Shown: piece by piece, positions 8,463-18,101 of the stretch
Numbering within the stretch: the first letter of the stretch is position 1
How the letters are laid out: each line of letters starts with the position of its first letter
DNA from: a virus
Reading direction: 5' to 3' (one strand)
IMG/VR virus record: IMGVR_UViG_3300027754_005987
Coordinates: 1 to 64,000 of that record
DNA length: 64,000 nt
Program-made: the position numbers and the translations under genes
Notes under the pieces: model-generated
Databases searched by the model: none
What the model was told of the DNA's origin: nothing
The model's input: only the letters and a program-made list of their open reading frames with translations

Positions 8463-9340
8463 AAGGATTAATTAAGAGATTATTAAGGGAAGATTTGGGT
8501 TATAGAGCTGGTAATTTGGTTGATAAGGCTGAGTTATTAAGAAATAGTAGAGGAAGTAGGGGTACTGGACATTTCGGTACTGGGTTTTATTTCTTCGGTG
8601 ATGAGAATGTTGCTAAGGAATATGCTAAGGGGTCCAATAGAGAAGGTAAGGATAGAGTATTAAGTACAATTGATTTAAGTAAATATAAATTATTAAGAGT
8701 TACTGATGATGAGTTAGGTTACAAGTTACATGATGAATTAAAAAGGTGGGATGGATTTAATGTGAAAGAGATTAAACCTATGATTATGCAAGAGATTAAA
8801 AATAACATTATTTTTAATTTAGAGAATGGGTATGATAGGTTTGATGATTTAGAAAATACAATATACGATTATTTAGAAAAGATAAGTGATAATGCAATTG
8901 ATGTTGATGATGTTAAGAGTGTGATTGTTAGTTATCTTAAAGGTAATGATTATTATTATTCTATACAAGATTATGTTAATGATGATAATGTTGATAAAGT
9001 AATCTCAGATATTAATATTACTATTCAAAAATATGTTGAATCTGTGATGAAGGATAAGGGTGAAATTTATAAGAAATCTTTATATGAGGATTTATATAAA
9101 AAACTAGAAAAGTTAGGTATTATAATTAACAAGATAGACTCTAGTTTAGGTGGTGATATACAAGATAGATTAGTTAAAGGATTAATGAGGTCATTAAGAA
9201 GGGACCCATATCTTGAGGCACATGGTGGTAAAACTACGTTAGGTACTGAGTTGATTAAATCGTTAGGTTATCAAGGTATTGATGTAAGGGGTACCGAATT
9301 AGATAATAGTATGTTTGGTAGTGTAATTTACGATATTTAA
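8459..9340 (+). CDS. leader-tagged ADP-ribosyltransferase-like protein
   Basis: MKGLIKRLLRE leader; YRAG...GHFGTGFYF...AKEYA...LGYQGI. Confidence 0.6.
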   Translation: MKGLIKRLLREDLGYRAGNLVDKAELLRNSRGSRGTGHFGTGFYFFGDENVAKEYAKGSNREGKDRVLSTIDLSKYKLLRVTDDELGYKLHDELKRWDGFNVKEIKPMIMQEIKNNIIFNLENGYDRFDDLENTIYDYLEKISDNAIDVDDVKSVIVSYLKGNDYYYSIQDYVNDDNVDKVISDINITIQKYVESVMKDKGEIYKKSLYEDLYKKLEKLGIIINKIDSSLGGDIQDRLVKGLMRSLRRDPYLEAHGGKTTLGTELIKSLGYQGIDVRGTELDNSMFGSVIYDI

Positions 9341-9352
9341 AAATAATAATAT

Positions 9353-9892
9353 ATGAAAGGGTTAATTAAGAGATTATTGCGAGAGGGTTTATTGGATGAA
9401 GTATCTGATGAGTTATATGCTAAGATAAAGCGAGAGCATCATAATGACAGGCTTATAATTAGCAAGTATGATTCGCTTGATTTTGACTTATCAAAAATTG
9501 GTGAGCAGGAGATAAGGACAAAGCCTAAGGGTTTATGGTATGGTATTGGTGACAGTTGGCTTAGTTGGGTAAAGAGTGAGATGCCAGAGTGGGAGTATGA
9601 TAATGTATATAAGTTAGATATAAATGAGGGTAGGATAAAGATTATTAGGACATATGATGAGTTGGTTTCTTTTGATGGTGAGTATGGTGTTGATTATGAG
9701 AGTAGGATTGTTTTGTATAATGGTAGGAATATTGATTGGGGTAGGGTTGCGAATGATTTTGGTGGTATTGAGATTTCACCTTACATATTTAAGGCTAGAT
9801 ATGAATTTAATTGGTATTATGGTTGGGATGTTGCATCTGGTTGTATATGGTCCAATGATGTAATAATGGGTATTAAAAAATTGAATTTATAA
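9353..9892 (+). CDS. leader-tagged hypothetical protein (KPKGLWY...WDVASG family)
   Basis: MKGLIKRLLREG leader; KPKGLWYG, IDW..VA..FGGIEI, YGWDVASGCIW. Confidence 0.7.
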   Translation: MKGLIKRLLREGLLDEVSDELYAKIKREHHNDRLIISKYDSLDFDLSKIGEQEIRTKPKGLWYGIGDSWLSWVKSEMPEWEYDNVYKLDINEGRIKIIRTYDELVSFDGEYGVDYESRIVLYNGRNIDWGRVANDFGGIEISPYIFKARYEFNWYYGWDVASGCIWSNDVIMGIKKLNL

Positions 9893-9944
9893 TAATTTAT
9901 TATATTAATCGTTAAAAGTATTATATTTATACATAAACTAGTGT

Positions 9945-10931
9945 ATGACGAATAAAGAGTTAATAAGTCAATATGTAGATACAGGTATTGGTATCCCAAG
10001 ATATCAATTTGATAAATTATCACCTAATGATAAGAAGACTTATTTGAGAAAGATGGAGATAAGTATTAAGTATGACCCAAGTAATATCAAATATTATTAT
10101 TATGGTGAATACCCAGAATCGATTCATTTAGTATTAGTTAATCAAAATGGTGAATTTTTAAAACATATAAAAAATCCGAGTGAGGAGGTTCAGTTGATAG
10201 GCGTTAAACAAGATGGTTATAATATAAAATATATTGATAACCCAAGTGAGGAAGTTCAATTAGCAGCAGTTGAACAAGATGGTAATTTAATATATCATAT
10301 AAAGAATCCGAGTGAGGAAGTTCAATTAGCAGCAGTTAATCAAGATGGTTCTAATATAAAATATATTGATAACCCAAGTGAGGAGGTTCAGTTGATAGGC
10401 GTTAAACAAGATGGTAATTTAATATATCATATAAAGAATCCAAGTGAGGAAGTTCAATTAGCAGCAGTTAATCAAGATGGTAATTCGATAGCATATATAG
10501 ATAATAAAGGCATTAATCCAAGTGAAGAAGTTCAATTATCGGCTGTTAATCAAAATGGTCACGCAATAGAATACATACATAATCCAAGTGAAGAAGTTCA
10601 ATTATCGGCTGTTAATCAAAATGGTAATGCAATAGAATACATAGAAAATCCAAGTGAGCAATTACAATTAGCAGCAGTTAAACAAAATGGTGATGCAATA
10701 CAATATATAGTTAATAAAGGCATTAATCCAAGTGAAGATGTTCAATTAGCAGCTGTTCAACAAGATGGTTATACAATAAGATATATAAATAATCCAAGTG
10801 AAGATGTTCAATTAGCAGCAGTTAATCAACATTATAGTGCTTTAAAATATATAGAGAATCCAACAGAAAGGGTTAAAACATTAGCTAATAAATTATATAT
10901 GGAATACAAGAGTAAACAACCCCGATTTTGA
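9945..10931 (+). CDS. DUF4116-like repeat protein
   Basis: About 11 repeats of NPSEEVQLAAVxQxGxxIxYI; N-terminal ~45 aa nearly identical to 11949. Confidence 0.85.
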   Translation: MTNKELISQYVDTGIGIPRYQFDKLSPNDKKTYLRKMEISIKYDPSNIKYYYYGEYPESIHLVLVNQNGEFLKHIKNPSEEVQLIGVKQDGYNIKYIDNPSEEVQLAAVEQDGNLIYHIKNPSEEVQLAAVNQDGSNIKYIDNPSEEVQLIGVKQDGNLIYHIKNPSEEVQLAAVNQDGNSIAYIDNKGINPSEEVQLSAVNQNGHAIEYIHNPSEEVQLSAVNQNGNAIEYIENPSEQLQLAAVKQNGDAIQYIVNKGINPSEDVQLAAVQQDGYTIRYINNPSEDVQLAAVNQHYSALKYIENPTERVKTLANKLYMEYKSKQPRF

Positions 10932-10988
10932 CAAAAGTGTTAATCTTTAATATAATCAATTATATAATAAGAAATAATAAAATAGTAC

Positions 10989-11945
10989 ATGAAAATTTTA
11001 GAAATTTACAATCAATTATTAGAATCAAAAGCAACAGAATCTCAAGGTCTTAAGATATTAAGTAGTGGTAATATTGAAAATGCGGATGGGATAATACAGA
11101 AAATGGCATCTGGTGATAAATCCAAAAATCAGAAGAACATTCCAGTTATGGCATTTATATATGTTAATGGATATACTGATATAAAGAATATCATTGATAT
11201 TATGAATGAGTATGATGCATTAGAAATTAAGAAAAGAATCAAACCTATACAATTGACCAAAACTAGTATTAAGATTGGTGAAAAGGAGTTTACTGATTTT
11301 ATTAAGTTTTCTGAGTATATTCATGGTGAAACAAATAAGTATGCTGAAAAGCCAAAAGGTGGTTTAAATGTGGCTGCTGATTTCAAGGCTGATAAGAAAA
11401 CGCTTTGGAGTGGTAATGGTATTGACATATATGAAGGTAATGGTGTTGGTAAGTGTATTAGTTATACGCAGGGTGGTTTGACTGGAAAGGCTTATTCGTT
11501 TTGTATTGGTCAGCCTGGTAATACGATATATAAATCATATCGTGATACAAAGACATCAAGTTTTTATTTCATTATTGACAGGAATCATTTTAAAGAAGAT
11601 GCGGATGGTTCAGTTAATTTGGATGACCCATTACATATTGTGGTATTTGATGTTACAAAACATGGTATTGAATTAACAGATGCTAATAATACTACTGGTA
11701 ATATTGCTGAATATGGTGAAAATGCAGATGCTTATGTTGATTATTTGAAATCCAAAGGTGTTCCAGTTGAAAAGATGATTAATAAACCTAAAACTGACCA
11801 AGAGAGAAAAGAGGATGAATTATTGGGTAACCCTAACAATAGTCTTGAATGGTTTATGAAGTTACCTATAGAATATAAATCAGCATATATTGGAAGGGGT
11901 CATCAGTTGACCAATGACCAATTTGATTATTTAATTGGGAAATAG
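10989..11945 (+). CDS. leader-type protein with PcfJ-like (FCI/WC) domain
   Basis: MKILEIYNQLLE start; KCISY...SFCIG...Y.SYR...FYFIID resembles the WCIT domain of 12848; ends in TAG in frame with next gene. Confidence 0.7.
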   Translation: MKILEIYNQLLESKATESQGLKILSSGNIENADGIIQKMASGDKSKNQKNIPVMAFIYVNGYTDIKNIIDIMNEYDALEIKKRIKPIQLTKTSIKIGEKEFTDFIKFSEYIHGETNKYAEKPKGGLNVAADFKADKKTLWSGNGIDIYEGNGVGKCISYTQGGLTGKAYSFCIGQPGNTIYKSYRDTKTSSFYFIIDRNHFKEDADGSVNLDDPLHIVVFDVTKHGIELTDANNTTGNIAEYGENADAYVDYLKSKGVPVEKMINKPKTDQERKEDELLGNPNNSLEWFMKLPIEYKSAYIGRGHQLTNDQFDYLIGK

Positions 11946-11948
11946 TAT

Positions 11949-12764
11949 ATGACAAATAAGGATTTAATATCACAATATGTAGATACAGGGGTAGGTATAC
12001 CTAGGTATCAGTTTGATAAATTATCGCCTAATGATAAGAAGAGTTATTTAAGGAAGATGGAGATAAGTATTAAGTATGACCCAGATAACATAGAATTCTA
12101 TTATGGTGAATTACCAGAAGACCTTCAACTAACTATAGTTAGGCAAGACCCAGATTTAATTAAAAAAATCGATGAACCAACTGAAAGAGTTAAAATAGAG
12201 GCAGTTAGAAAAGAGGGTGAATCGATATATTATATTGATGAACCATCTGAAGAAGTTCAATTAGCGGCAGTTAATAATGATAGTTATTCATTGAGGTTTA
12301 TTAAAAAACCAACTGAAGCTGTTCAAATACTTGCTGTTAGAAAAAATTATGAACGTCTTGAGGATATTAAAAACCCAAGTGAGGCTGTTAAGTTGGCAGC
12401 AGTTCAAGAAGATGGTGTGGCAATAGCGTATATAGAAAATCCATCTGACGAAGTTCAGATAGCGGCAGTTAAACAAGACTCTAGAGTGATTGATGATATT
12501 CAAAATCCATGTGAAGCTGCGCAATTAATATCAGTTGAATATGACTCATCTTATATAAAATATATTTGGGAGCCAACAGAGAGGGTTCAATTGGTTGCTG
12601 TTGCAGATAATGGTAATTTAATTGAACATATTGATGAACCATCAGAAGCTGTTCAGATGACCGCAGTTAAAGAAAATGAAAATGCTATTTATAAAATAGA
12701 TAACCCTACGGATAAAACTATAAGTTTATATAACCAATTATATAATAAAAGATATGAAAGATAA
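11949..12764 (+). CDS. DUF4116-like repeat protein
   Basis: Diverged PSE/PTE-xVQLxAV repeats; N-terminus shared with 9945. Confidence 0.85.
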   Translation: MTNKDLISQYVDTGVGIPRYQFDKLSPNDKKSYLRKMEISIKYDPDNIEFYYGELPEDLQLTIVRQDPDLIKKIDEPTERVKIEAVRKEGESIYYIDEPSEEVQLAAVNNDSYSLRFIKKPTEAVQILAVRKNYERLEDIKNPSEAVKLAAVQEDGVAIAYIENPSDEVQIAAVKQDSRVIDDIQNPCEAAQLISVEYDSSYIKYIWEPTERVQLVAVADNGNLIEHIDEPSEAVQMTAVKENENAIYKIDNPTDKTISLYNQLYNKRYER

Positions 12765-12771
12765 GATATAA

Positions 12772-12806
12772 TAAAAAAACCTAGATTATTGGTCTAGGGT
12801 TTTTTT
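12772..12806 (+). terminator. intrinsic terminator, duplicated at 14980-15014
   Basis: CCTAGATTATTGGTCTAGGG plus T-run; the same core follows gene 12848-14959. Confidence 0.8.
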
Positions 12807-12847
12807 ATTTAACATTATATATTTATATAATAAACAATTTATTCAGC

Positions 12848-14959
12848 ATGAAAAAATTCATAAAGGCATTATTAAGGGAGGGTTTGGTACGTGAAGTTTA
12901 TGGTAAGAACATTATTAAATCTGTTGCTACTAGGTTTGGTGTATCTGAGAATGACGAGGAGTTATTAAATAAGTTAGCGATTGCATCAATATACAGGAAT
13001 ATATTTGGTGACATTAACAAGTATCAAACTAAAGATAGTTTTGATGCTGTTTATGATAAGTGGTATGAGAATACTATTAATGAATTGATAAAGACAAGCG
13101 CTTTTGTATCTAACAAGGAATTGGCCACAAAGTATTTGGATGCATATGTTTCAAACATAAAGAGTGTTAGTGGGGATGTTCAACCATTTTCCATGAAGAA
13201 GATTGAGCAGGGTTTGGTTGATTTGGTAAACAACAGTGGTTGGATTAAGGATAATGGAATTGGGGATACGCATAGTATATATAAGCCAAAGAGTGAGGAT
13301 ATTGTTTATGAGGATGATAATATTATTATATTGAATACCGACACAAAGGCAAAGTGTGTTATGTATGGTAAGGGAGAGAGATGGTGTATTACAAAGCCAG
13401 AGTTAAATTATTACAATACGTATAGGCTTAATTATGGTGCGACTCCATATTTTGTATTACAGAAGAAAAACAAAGATTCGGATGTTGAGCATAAATTGGT
13501 TATAATGAATTACGGTAATAGGGGTTATGCGATTGCTGACAGGAGCAATAGTGGTAAAAGGCATGGTGGAATTGATTTGGCGATGCCATGGGCTAATGTT
13601 GAAAGTCAGATACCTAATTTAAGGGGCAAAGAGAAATATTTTCCATATAGGGCTGTAACTGAAGATGAGAAGGAATACAATACTCTTTTGAATAATCTTA
13701 AGAAATCTGATATTGATGATTTGCAGGGTCTTATTGATGATAAGATAAAGGGGTTGGTAATAAATGGCAGTCAGGTAACTGCTGAAGATTTCATAAGGGA
13801 TTATGCGGCTACTGGTGTTATCATACCTATTGAGCAATTGGCATCGTTAAGGGACAGTTTAAAGGATTCGTTGATTGAGTCTGGTTATTTTATCAGATTA
13901 AATAAAGAAAGTTTTATGGAGATTAAAGATTATTTAAGTAATAAGCAGATATTAAGAAACATACGACTTAAATTAAATAATGATTATTATTTAACTGTGT
14001 TTGAAATTACAGTATTGCTTGATAATAACCCAAATGAAGAAGTTAAATTGGAAGTGGTTAAACAAAATGGTAATGCTATATATTACATAGAAAATCCAAG
14101 TGAGCAATTACAATTAGCAGCGGTTAATCAATATGGTGATGCTATAGATTTCATAATAAAAAGGGGTATTACACCAAGTGAAGATGTTAAGTTAGCAGCT
14201 GTTAAACGAAATGGTAATGCAATACAATATATAAAGAATCCAAGTGAACAAGTACAGTTAGCAGCTGTTAATAAATATGGTGATGCTATAGATTTCATAA
14301 TAAAAAGGGGTATTACACCAAGTGAAAGAGTTAAGTTATTAGCTGTTAAACGAAATGGTAAAGTAATACGATTTATAGATAATCCAAGTGAACAAGTACA
14401 GTTATTAGCTGTTAATCAATATGGTGATACAATACGATATATAAATAATCCAAGTGAAGATGTTAAGTTAGCAGCTGTTAATAAATATGGTGATGCAATA
14501 CAATATATAAATAATCCAAGTGAACAAGTACAGTTATTAGCTGTTAAACAAGATGGTTATGCAATACGATTTATAGATAATCCAAGTGAACAAGTACAGT
14601 TAGCAGCTGTTAATAAAAATGGTGATGCTATAGATTATATAAAGAATCCAAGTGAAAGAGTTAAGTTAGCAGCTGTTAAACGAAATGGTAATACAATACA
14701 ATTTATGGATAATCCAAGTGAACAAGTACAGTTATTAGCTGTTAAACAAAATGGTGAGGCAATAGTATATATAAATAATCCAAGTGAACAAGTACAGTTA
14801 GCAGCTGTTAATAAATATGGTTATGCAATAGAATATATAAAGAATCCAAGTGAACAAGTACAGTTAGCAGCTGTTAAACAAAATGATTATGCAATACGAT
14901 ATATAAAGAATCCAAGTGAAAGAGTTAAGGTTTTATATAAAGAATTATTGGGTAATTAA
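12848..14959 (+). CDS. leader-tagged PcfJ-like domain + DUF4116-like repeat protein
   Basis: MKKFIKALLREG leader; KCVMYG...WCITK...YNTYR; about 13 C-terminal NPSEQVQLAAV repeats. Confidence 0.85.
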   Translation: MKKFIKALLREGLVREVYGKNIIKSVATRFGVSENDEELLNKLAIASIYRNIFGDINKYQTKDSFDAVYDKWYENTINELIKTSAFVSNKELATKYLDAYVSNIKSVSGDVQPFSMKKIEQGLVDLVNNSGWIKDNGIGDTHSIYKPKSEDIVYEDDNIIILNTDTKAKCVMYGKGERWCITKPELNYYNTYRLNYGATPYFVLQKKNKDSDVEHKLVIMNYGNRGYAIADRSNSGKRHGGIDLAMPWANVESQIPNLRGKEKYFPYRAVTEDEKEYNTLLNNLKKSDIDDLQGLIDDKIKGLVINGSQVTAEDFIRDYAATGVIIPIEQLASLRDSLKDSLIESGYFIRLNKESFMEIKDYLSNKQILRNIRLKLNNDYYLTVFEITVLLDNNPNEEVKLEVVKQNGNAIYYIENPSEQLQLAAVNQYGDAIDFIIKRGITPSEDVKLAAVKRNGNAIQYIKNPSEQVQLAAVNKYGDAIDFIIKRGITPSERVKLLAVKRNGKVIRFIDNPSEQVQLLAVNQYGDTIRYINNPSEDVKLAAVNKYGDAIQYINNPSEQVQLLAVKQDGYAIRFIDNPSEQVQLAAVNKNGDAIDYIKNPSERVKLAAVKRNGNTIQFMDNPSEQVQLLAVKQNGEAIVYINNPSEQVQLAAVNKYGYAIEYIKNPSEQVQLAAVKQNDYAIRYIKNPSERVKVLYKELLGN

Positions 14960-14979
14960 AATGACAAATAAAGGTATAA

Positions 14980-15014
14980 TAAAAAACCCTAGATTATTGG
15001 TCTAGGGTTTTTTT
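14980..15014. terminator. bidirectional terminator
   Basis: AAAAAACCCTAGA-ttattgg-TCTAGGGTTTTTT between convergent genes. Confidence 0.8.
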
Positions 15015-15025
15015 ATTATTATTTA

Positions 15026-15913
15026 TTAGATATTTTTAACTTTGATAAAGTCTAATGAGTCGAAGCTAATTCCATTTGGGTTATAGTTTGTTTTAGCTAT
15101 TAATTCTCTTGAATCATTTTCATTTCTAAATGTGATATAAGTTGTTGAATCCATTTCTGAAGTACCTTCTGTTTCATCGGTAACATAATAAAATTCTTCA
15201 ACATTATTATCAGAAGTTTGAACTAGGATTGTTTGGTCATCAATTTGTTTATAATTGGTAACGAATATATCATCTTGATTTTTATATGGGTTTATATTGA
15301 ATTCAGTTTCTCTAGATGATTTTTCAAAGTCATCATCATATTCATTTATTTCATTTATTGAATGTAAATTTGCATTTGATAAATCAGGTGATGCATTCTT
15401 AAATTTAATACCATCCATTGCGTTTTTAGGTGCGTTATCAATAAGATTATTCTCATATAAAAAAGATAATTCATGTTTACTATATGGGTAAAGTCTCGGC
15501 ATACCTTCCCACCAATCTTCATCGTCAGCTATAAAACTATAAACATCACCACTTTCCTCATCAACAAAATCAAAAAAAGTTGTTTGACGAAATCTGTTTT
15601 CCCACCATTCATTTTTAGGAAATATTTTTTCTTTTATAATTTCAGGTATAAATTTAACACCTTTATTTTTTAATTTCATCAGTCTTTTTGGTATATCAAC
15701 TTCATTTGTTTCATTTCCAATAATCTCGAATAATTCGTTTTTAGCGTTAAAATACTCATCTAACTCTTCTTGAGTATAATCTACGTTTTCGTTGATTTCA
15801 TTTTCATCAATACGTTTGATTTTATTGAATGTTTTTGCAAATGATTCAATTATCATTTTTTCTTTTTCAGATATTATTTTTTTCTTATCTGATTCATTTA
15901 AAAATTTTTTCAT
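15026..15913 (-). CDS. leader-type acidic hypothetical protein
   Basis: MKKFLNE...IIES...INE motifs; ATATTTAT upstream at 15944. Confidence 0.75.
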   Translation of the reverse strand: MKKFLNESDKKKIISEKEKMIIESFAKTFNKIKRIDENEINENVDYTQEELDEYFNAKNELFEIIGNETNEVDIPKRLMKLKNKGVKFIPEIIKEKIFPKNEWWENRFRQTTFFDFVDEESGDVYSFIADDEDWWEGMPRLYPYSKHELSFLYENNLIDNAPKNAMDGIKFKNASPDLSNANLHSINEINEYDDDFEKSSRETEFNINPYKNQDDIFVTNYKQIDDQTILVQTSDNNVEEFYYVTDETEGTSEMDSTTYITFRNENDSRELIAKTNYNPNGISFDSLDFIKVKNI

Positions 15914-16045
15914 GTTTATAATTTTGTATTTAATGTTATTATAATAAATATTATATTTTTGGTAATAATTTTCTTAGGTGTTCTTTTATTGTTTTTTTAT
16001 TTTTATCATCTTTAAAAGATGGTCCAGCATCATTTCTTGGTACTG

Positions 16046-16171
16046 TTATAGTTTTTGGTGATTTATCACCTTATTATATTGTCCACCAGATTTTCCACAT
16101 TCACATTGTCTCCATTTTGTATGTATTAATCTTGTTACATCACCACATTGATTGCATCTAACTAATTTCAT
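16046..16171 (-). CDS. small Cys-rich (Zn-ribbon) ORF, possibly truncated
   Basis: MKLVRCNQCGDVTRLIHTKWRQCECGKSGGQY..., 41 aa, not in ORF track; late motif at 16186. Confidence 0.55.
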   Translation of the reverse strand: MKLVRCNQCGDVTRLIHTKWRQCECGKSGGQYNKVINHQKL

Positions 16172-16254
16172 AATAGTATTTTTATATAAATATTTAATAT
16201 TGATAATAAGTTTAATAATATTATATATATTTATAGGTATAAATATATAAAGAT

Positions 16255-16449
16255 ATGAAAGATAAGATAAGAATTAAATTAAGAGAGAGTATTTCGTCAC
16301 ATTCTGATGAATTGAGTAGATTTGTTGAGGATAGTAACATGAGCAGTAAAGAATTTGCTATTGCAGTTGTTAATGTATTTAATAAGGATTTTGGTTCACA
16401 TAATGCTAATGATTTTATTAATATAATAATTAGTGGTATTGAAAAATAG
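16255..16449 (+). CDS. small leader-type protein
   Basis: MKDKIRIKLRE start; late motif at 16227. Confidence 0.7.
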   Translation: MKDKIRIKLRESISSHSDELSRFVEDSNMSSKEFAIAVVNVFNKDFGSHNANDFINIIISGIEK

Positions 16450-16455
16450 ATTACT

Positions 16456-17442
16456 ATGAAAGAATTTATAAAGGGATTATTAAGGGAGAATTTTCAATCA
16501 AAAGAGGTTGGTAATAAGGAAGATGTTAAATATGCACAAGGTGTTCTTATTCATACATATTCTAATGAGATAGAAGAATTAAAGCTTAAGTGTAAGAAGG
16601 ATAAACTTTATTGTAGTATTTATGATAATTTTGTTGAGGCTGTTGCTTTTAATGATAAGGATAAGATAAATAAAATGATTAGGAAATATTTTCCTAGCAA
16701 ATTAAATGAGGATTTAATATCTGAGCATTTGATGGATATTGATGATGATGTTGATATGATATATGAGAAATATTTTAAGAGTGATTTTGATGAAATAGAA
16801 AGTACTGGTAAAATAAGTCATAAAATATTTAAAAGTAATACTACTGATACTTCTATATTAAAATCACCATTATGTATTGAAGCACATAAATTAAATCCAT
16901 GTGTTATTATAATAAATAATGGTTCTAACTATTATTTTCCAAACAAGCAAATTATATCACTTAGTATTAATAAGAATGCTGAAAATTTCATTGTTAGCAA
17001 TGGTAATGGTGATTTAGCTTATGCTATTGATTTATTATCTGATGATAATCAAAAGAAATCACTATCTAGAGAATTTAAAGAATCGACAATAAAGGGTAGT
17101 ATTCATCATGAATTGGTACATTGGTTGGATGATACTATGCATAATCAACATATAAATAAAAGGACTAAAAAGGCCACTGAATTTGGTACTGTTGATTTAA
17201 AGGGTATTCCAGTAAATGCAACAAAAATGGAGTTACAATCACAAATACATAATATTAAGCAATTGAAAAGAAAACATGAAGATGTTTGGGATGATTTAAG
17301 TTTTGATGATATGATTTCATTATCACCATCATTAACTATTATTAATAAAAGTTTGATTGACCCTTATAAAGGTAAGTGGAGGATTGATATAATTAAAAGA
17401 ATGAATCGTGAGAATTTGTTAGGTAATAATATGGTTAAATAA
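16456..17442 (+). CDS. leader-tagged zincin-like metallopeptidase
   Basis: MKEFIKGLLRE leader; IHHELVHWLD (HExxH) with downstream E. Confidence 0.7.
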   Translation: MKEFIKGLLRENFQSKEVGNKEDVKYAQGVLIHTYSNEIEELKLKCKKDKLYCSIYDNFVEAVAFNDKDKINKMIRKYFPSKLNEDLISEHLMDIDDDVDMIYEKYFKSDFDEIESTGKISHKIFKSNTTDTSILKSPLCIEAHKLNPCVIIINNGSNYYFPNKQIISLSINKNAENFIVSNGNGDLAYAIDLLSDDNQKKSLSREFKESTIKGSIHHELVHWLDDTMHNQHINKRTKKATEFGTVDLKGIPVNATKMELQSQIHNIKQLKRKHEDVWDDLSFDDMISLSPSLTIINKSLIDPYKGKWRIDIIKRMNRENLLGNNMVK

Positions 17443-17457
17443 ATAAAAAAAGGTGCT

Positions 17458-17985
17458 TTAAATGGCACCTTTTTTATTAAAGTTTTTTGTATATAAGTCT
17501 TTATCGGATATTATTATATCATCTGGATTGAAGTTATTATCAAATTTTTTAAATTGTTCCAGTAGTTCAGGAAATTCTGTCCATACTATTGAGCCTTCAT
17601 CTTTTGGGGAGTATGTATTATCCACAAGATATTGAATTATTGTATCATCTTTAAGTGTAATAAAACCATGGGCAAAACCTTTTGGTACGTATAGTTCATT
17701 ACCTTCATTCATATCAAATATATATGATTTCATATAATTTGGTGAATCTTCTCTAATATCAACAACGAAGTCATAAACCATACCAGTAATAACTTTAACT
17801 AGTTTAGCTTGGGCTAAATCACCAACTTGAAAGTGAAGACCTCTTAGAGTATATCTTTTAGGGTTAACACTAACATTACTTTGCACCCATTGATTGGTTA
17901 ATTTATTTGGTGTTAATGAAAGTGGGGCAAAATGCCCTCTATTATCGGTAAAGACTTGATTAAAAAATAACATTGGTTGTTCCAT
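17458..17985 (-). CDS. rmlC: dTDP-4-dehydrorhamnose 3,5-epimerase
   Basis: DNRG.F, TLRGLHFQ, QAKLV, VVDIR..SP, PKGFAHGF, SDKD. Confidence 0.93.
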   Translation of the reverse strand: MEQPMLFFNQVFTDNRGHFAPLSLTPNKLTNQWVQSNVSVNPKRYTLRGLHFQVGDLAQAKLVKVITGMVYDFVVDIREDSPNYMKSYIFDMNEGNELYVPKGFAHGFITLKDDTIIQYLVDNTYSPKDEGSIVWTEFPELLEQFKKFDNNFNPDDIIISDKDLYTKNFNKKGAI

Positions 17986-18101
17986 AAAAACTTTTTTTTG
18001 GTAAATATACCACAAATAAATTTAAAAGTAAATTATTATTTTGTTTTGTAGATTAAAAAAACTTTTATATATTTGCAAAACAAAACTAATAATAAACAAA
18101 T

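Noticed and set aside
9945-14959. Diversity-generating retroelement TR/VR pairs among the near-identical repeats
   Set aside because: No reverse transcriptase is in the window, the repeats are all coding, and the differences are not visibly adenine-specific.
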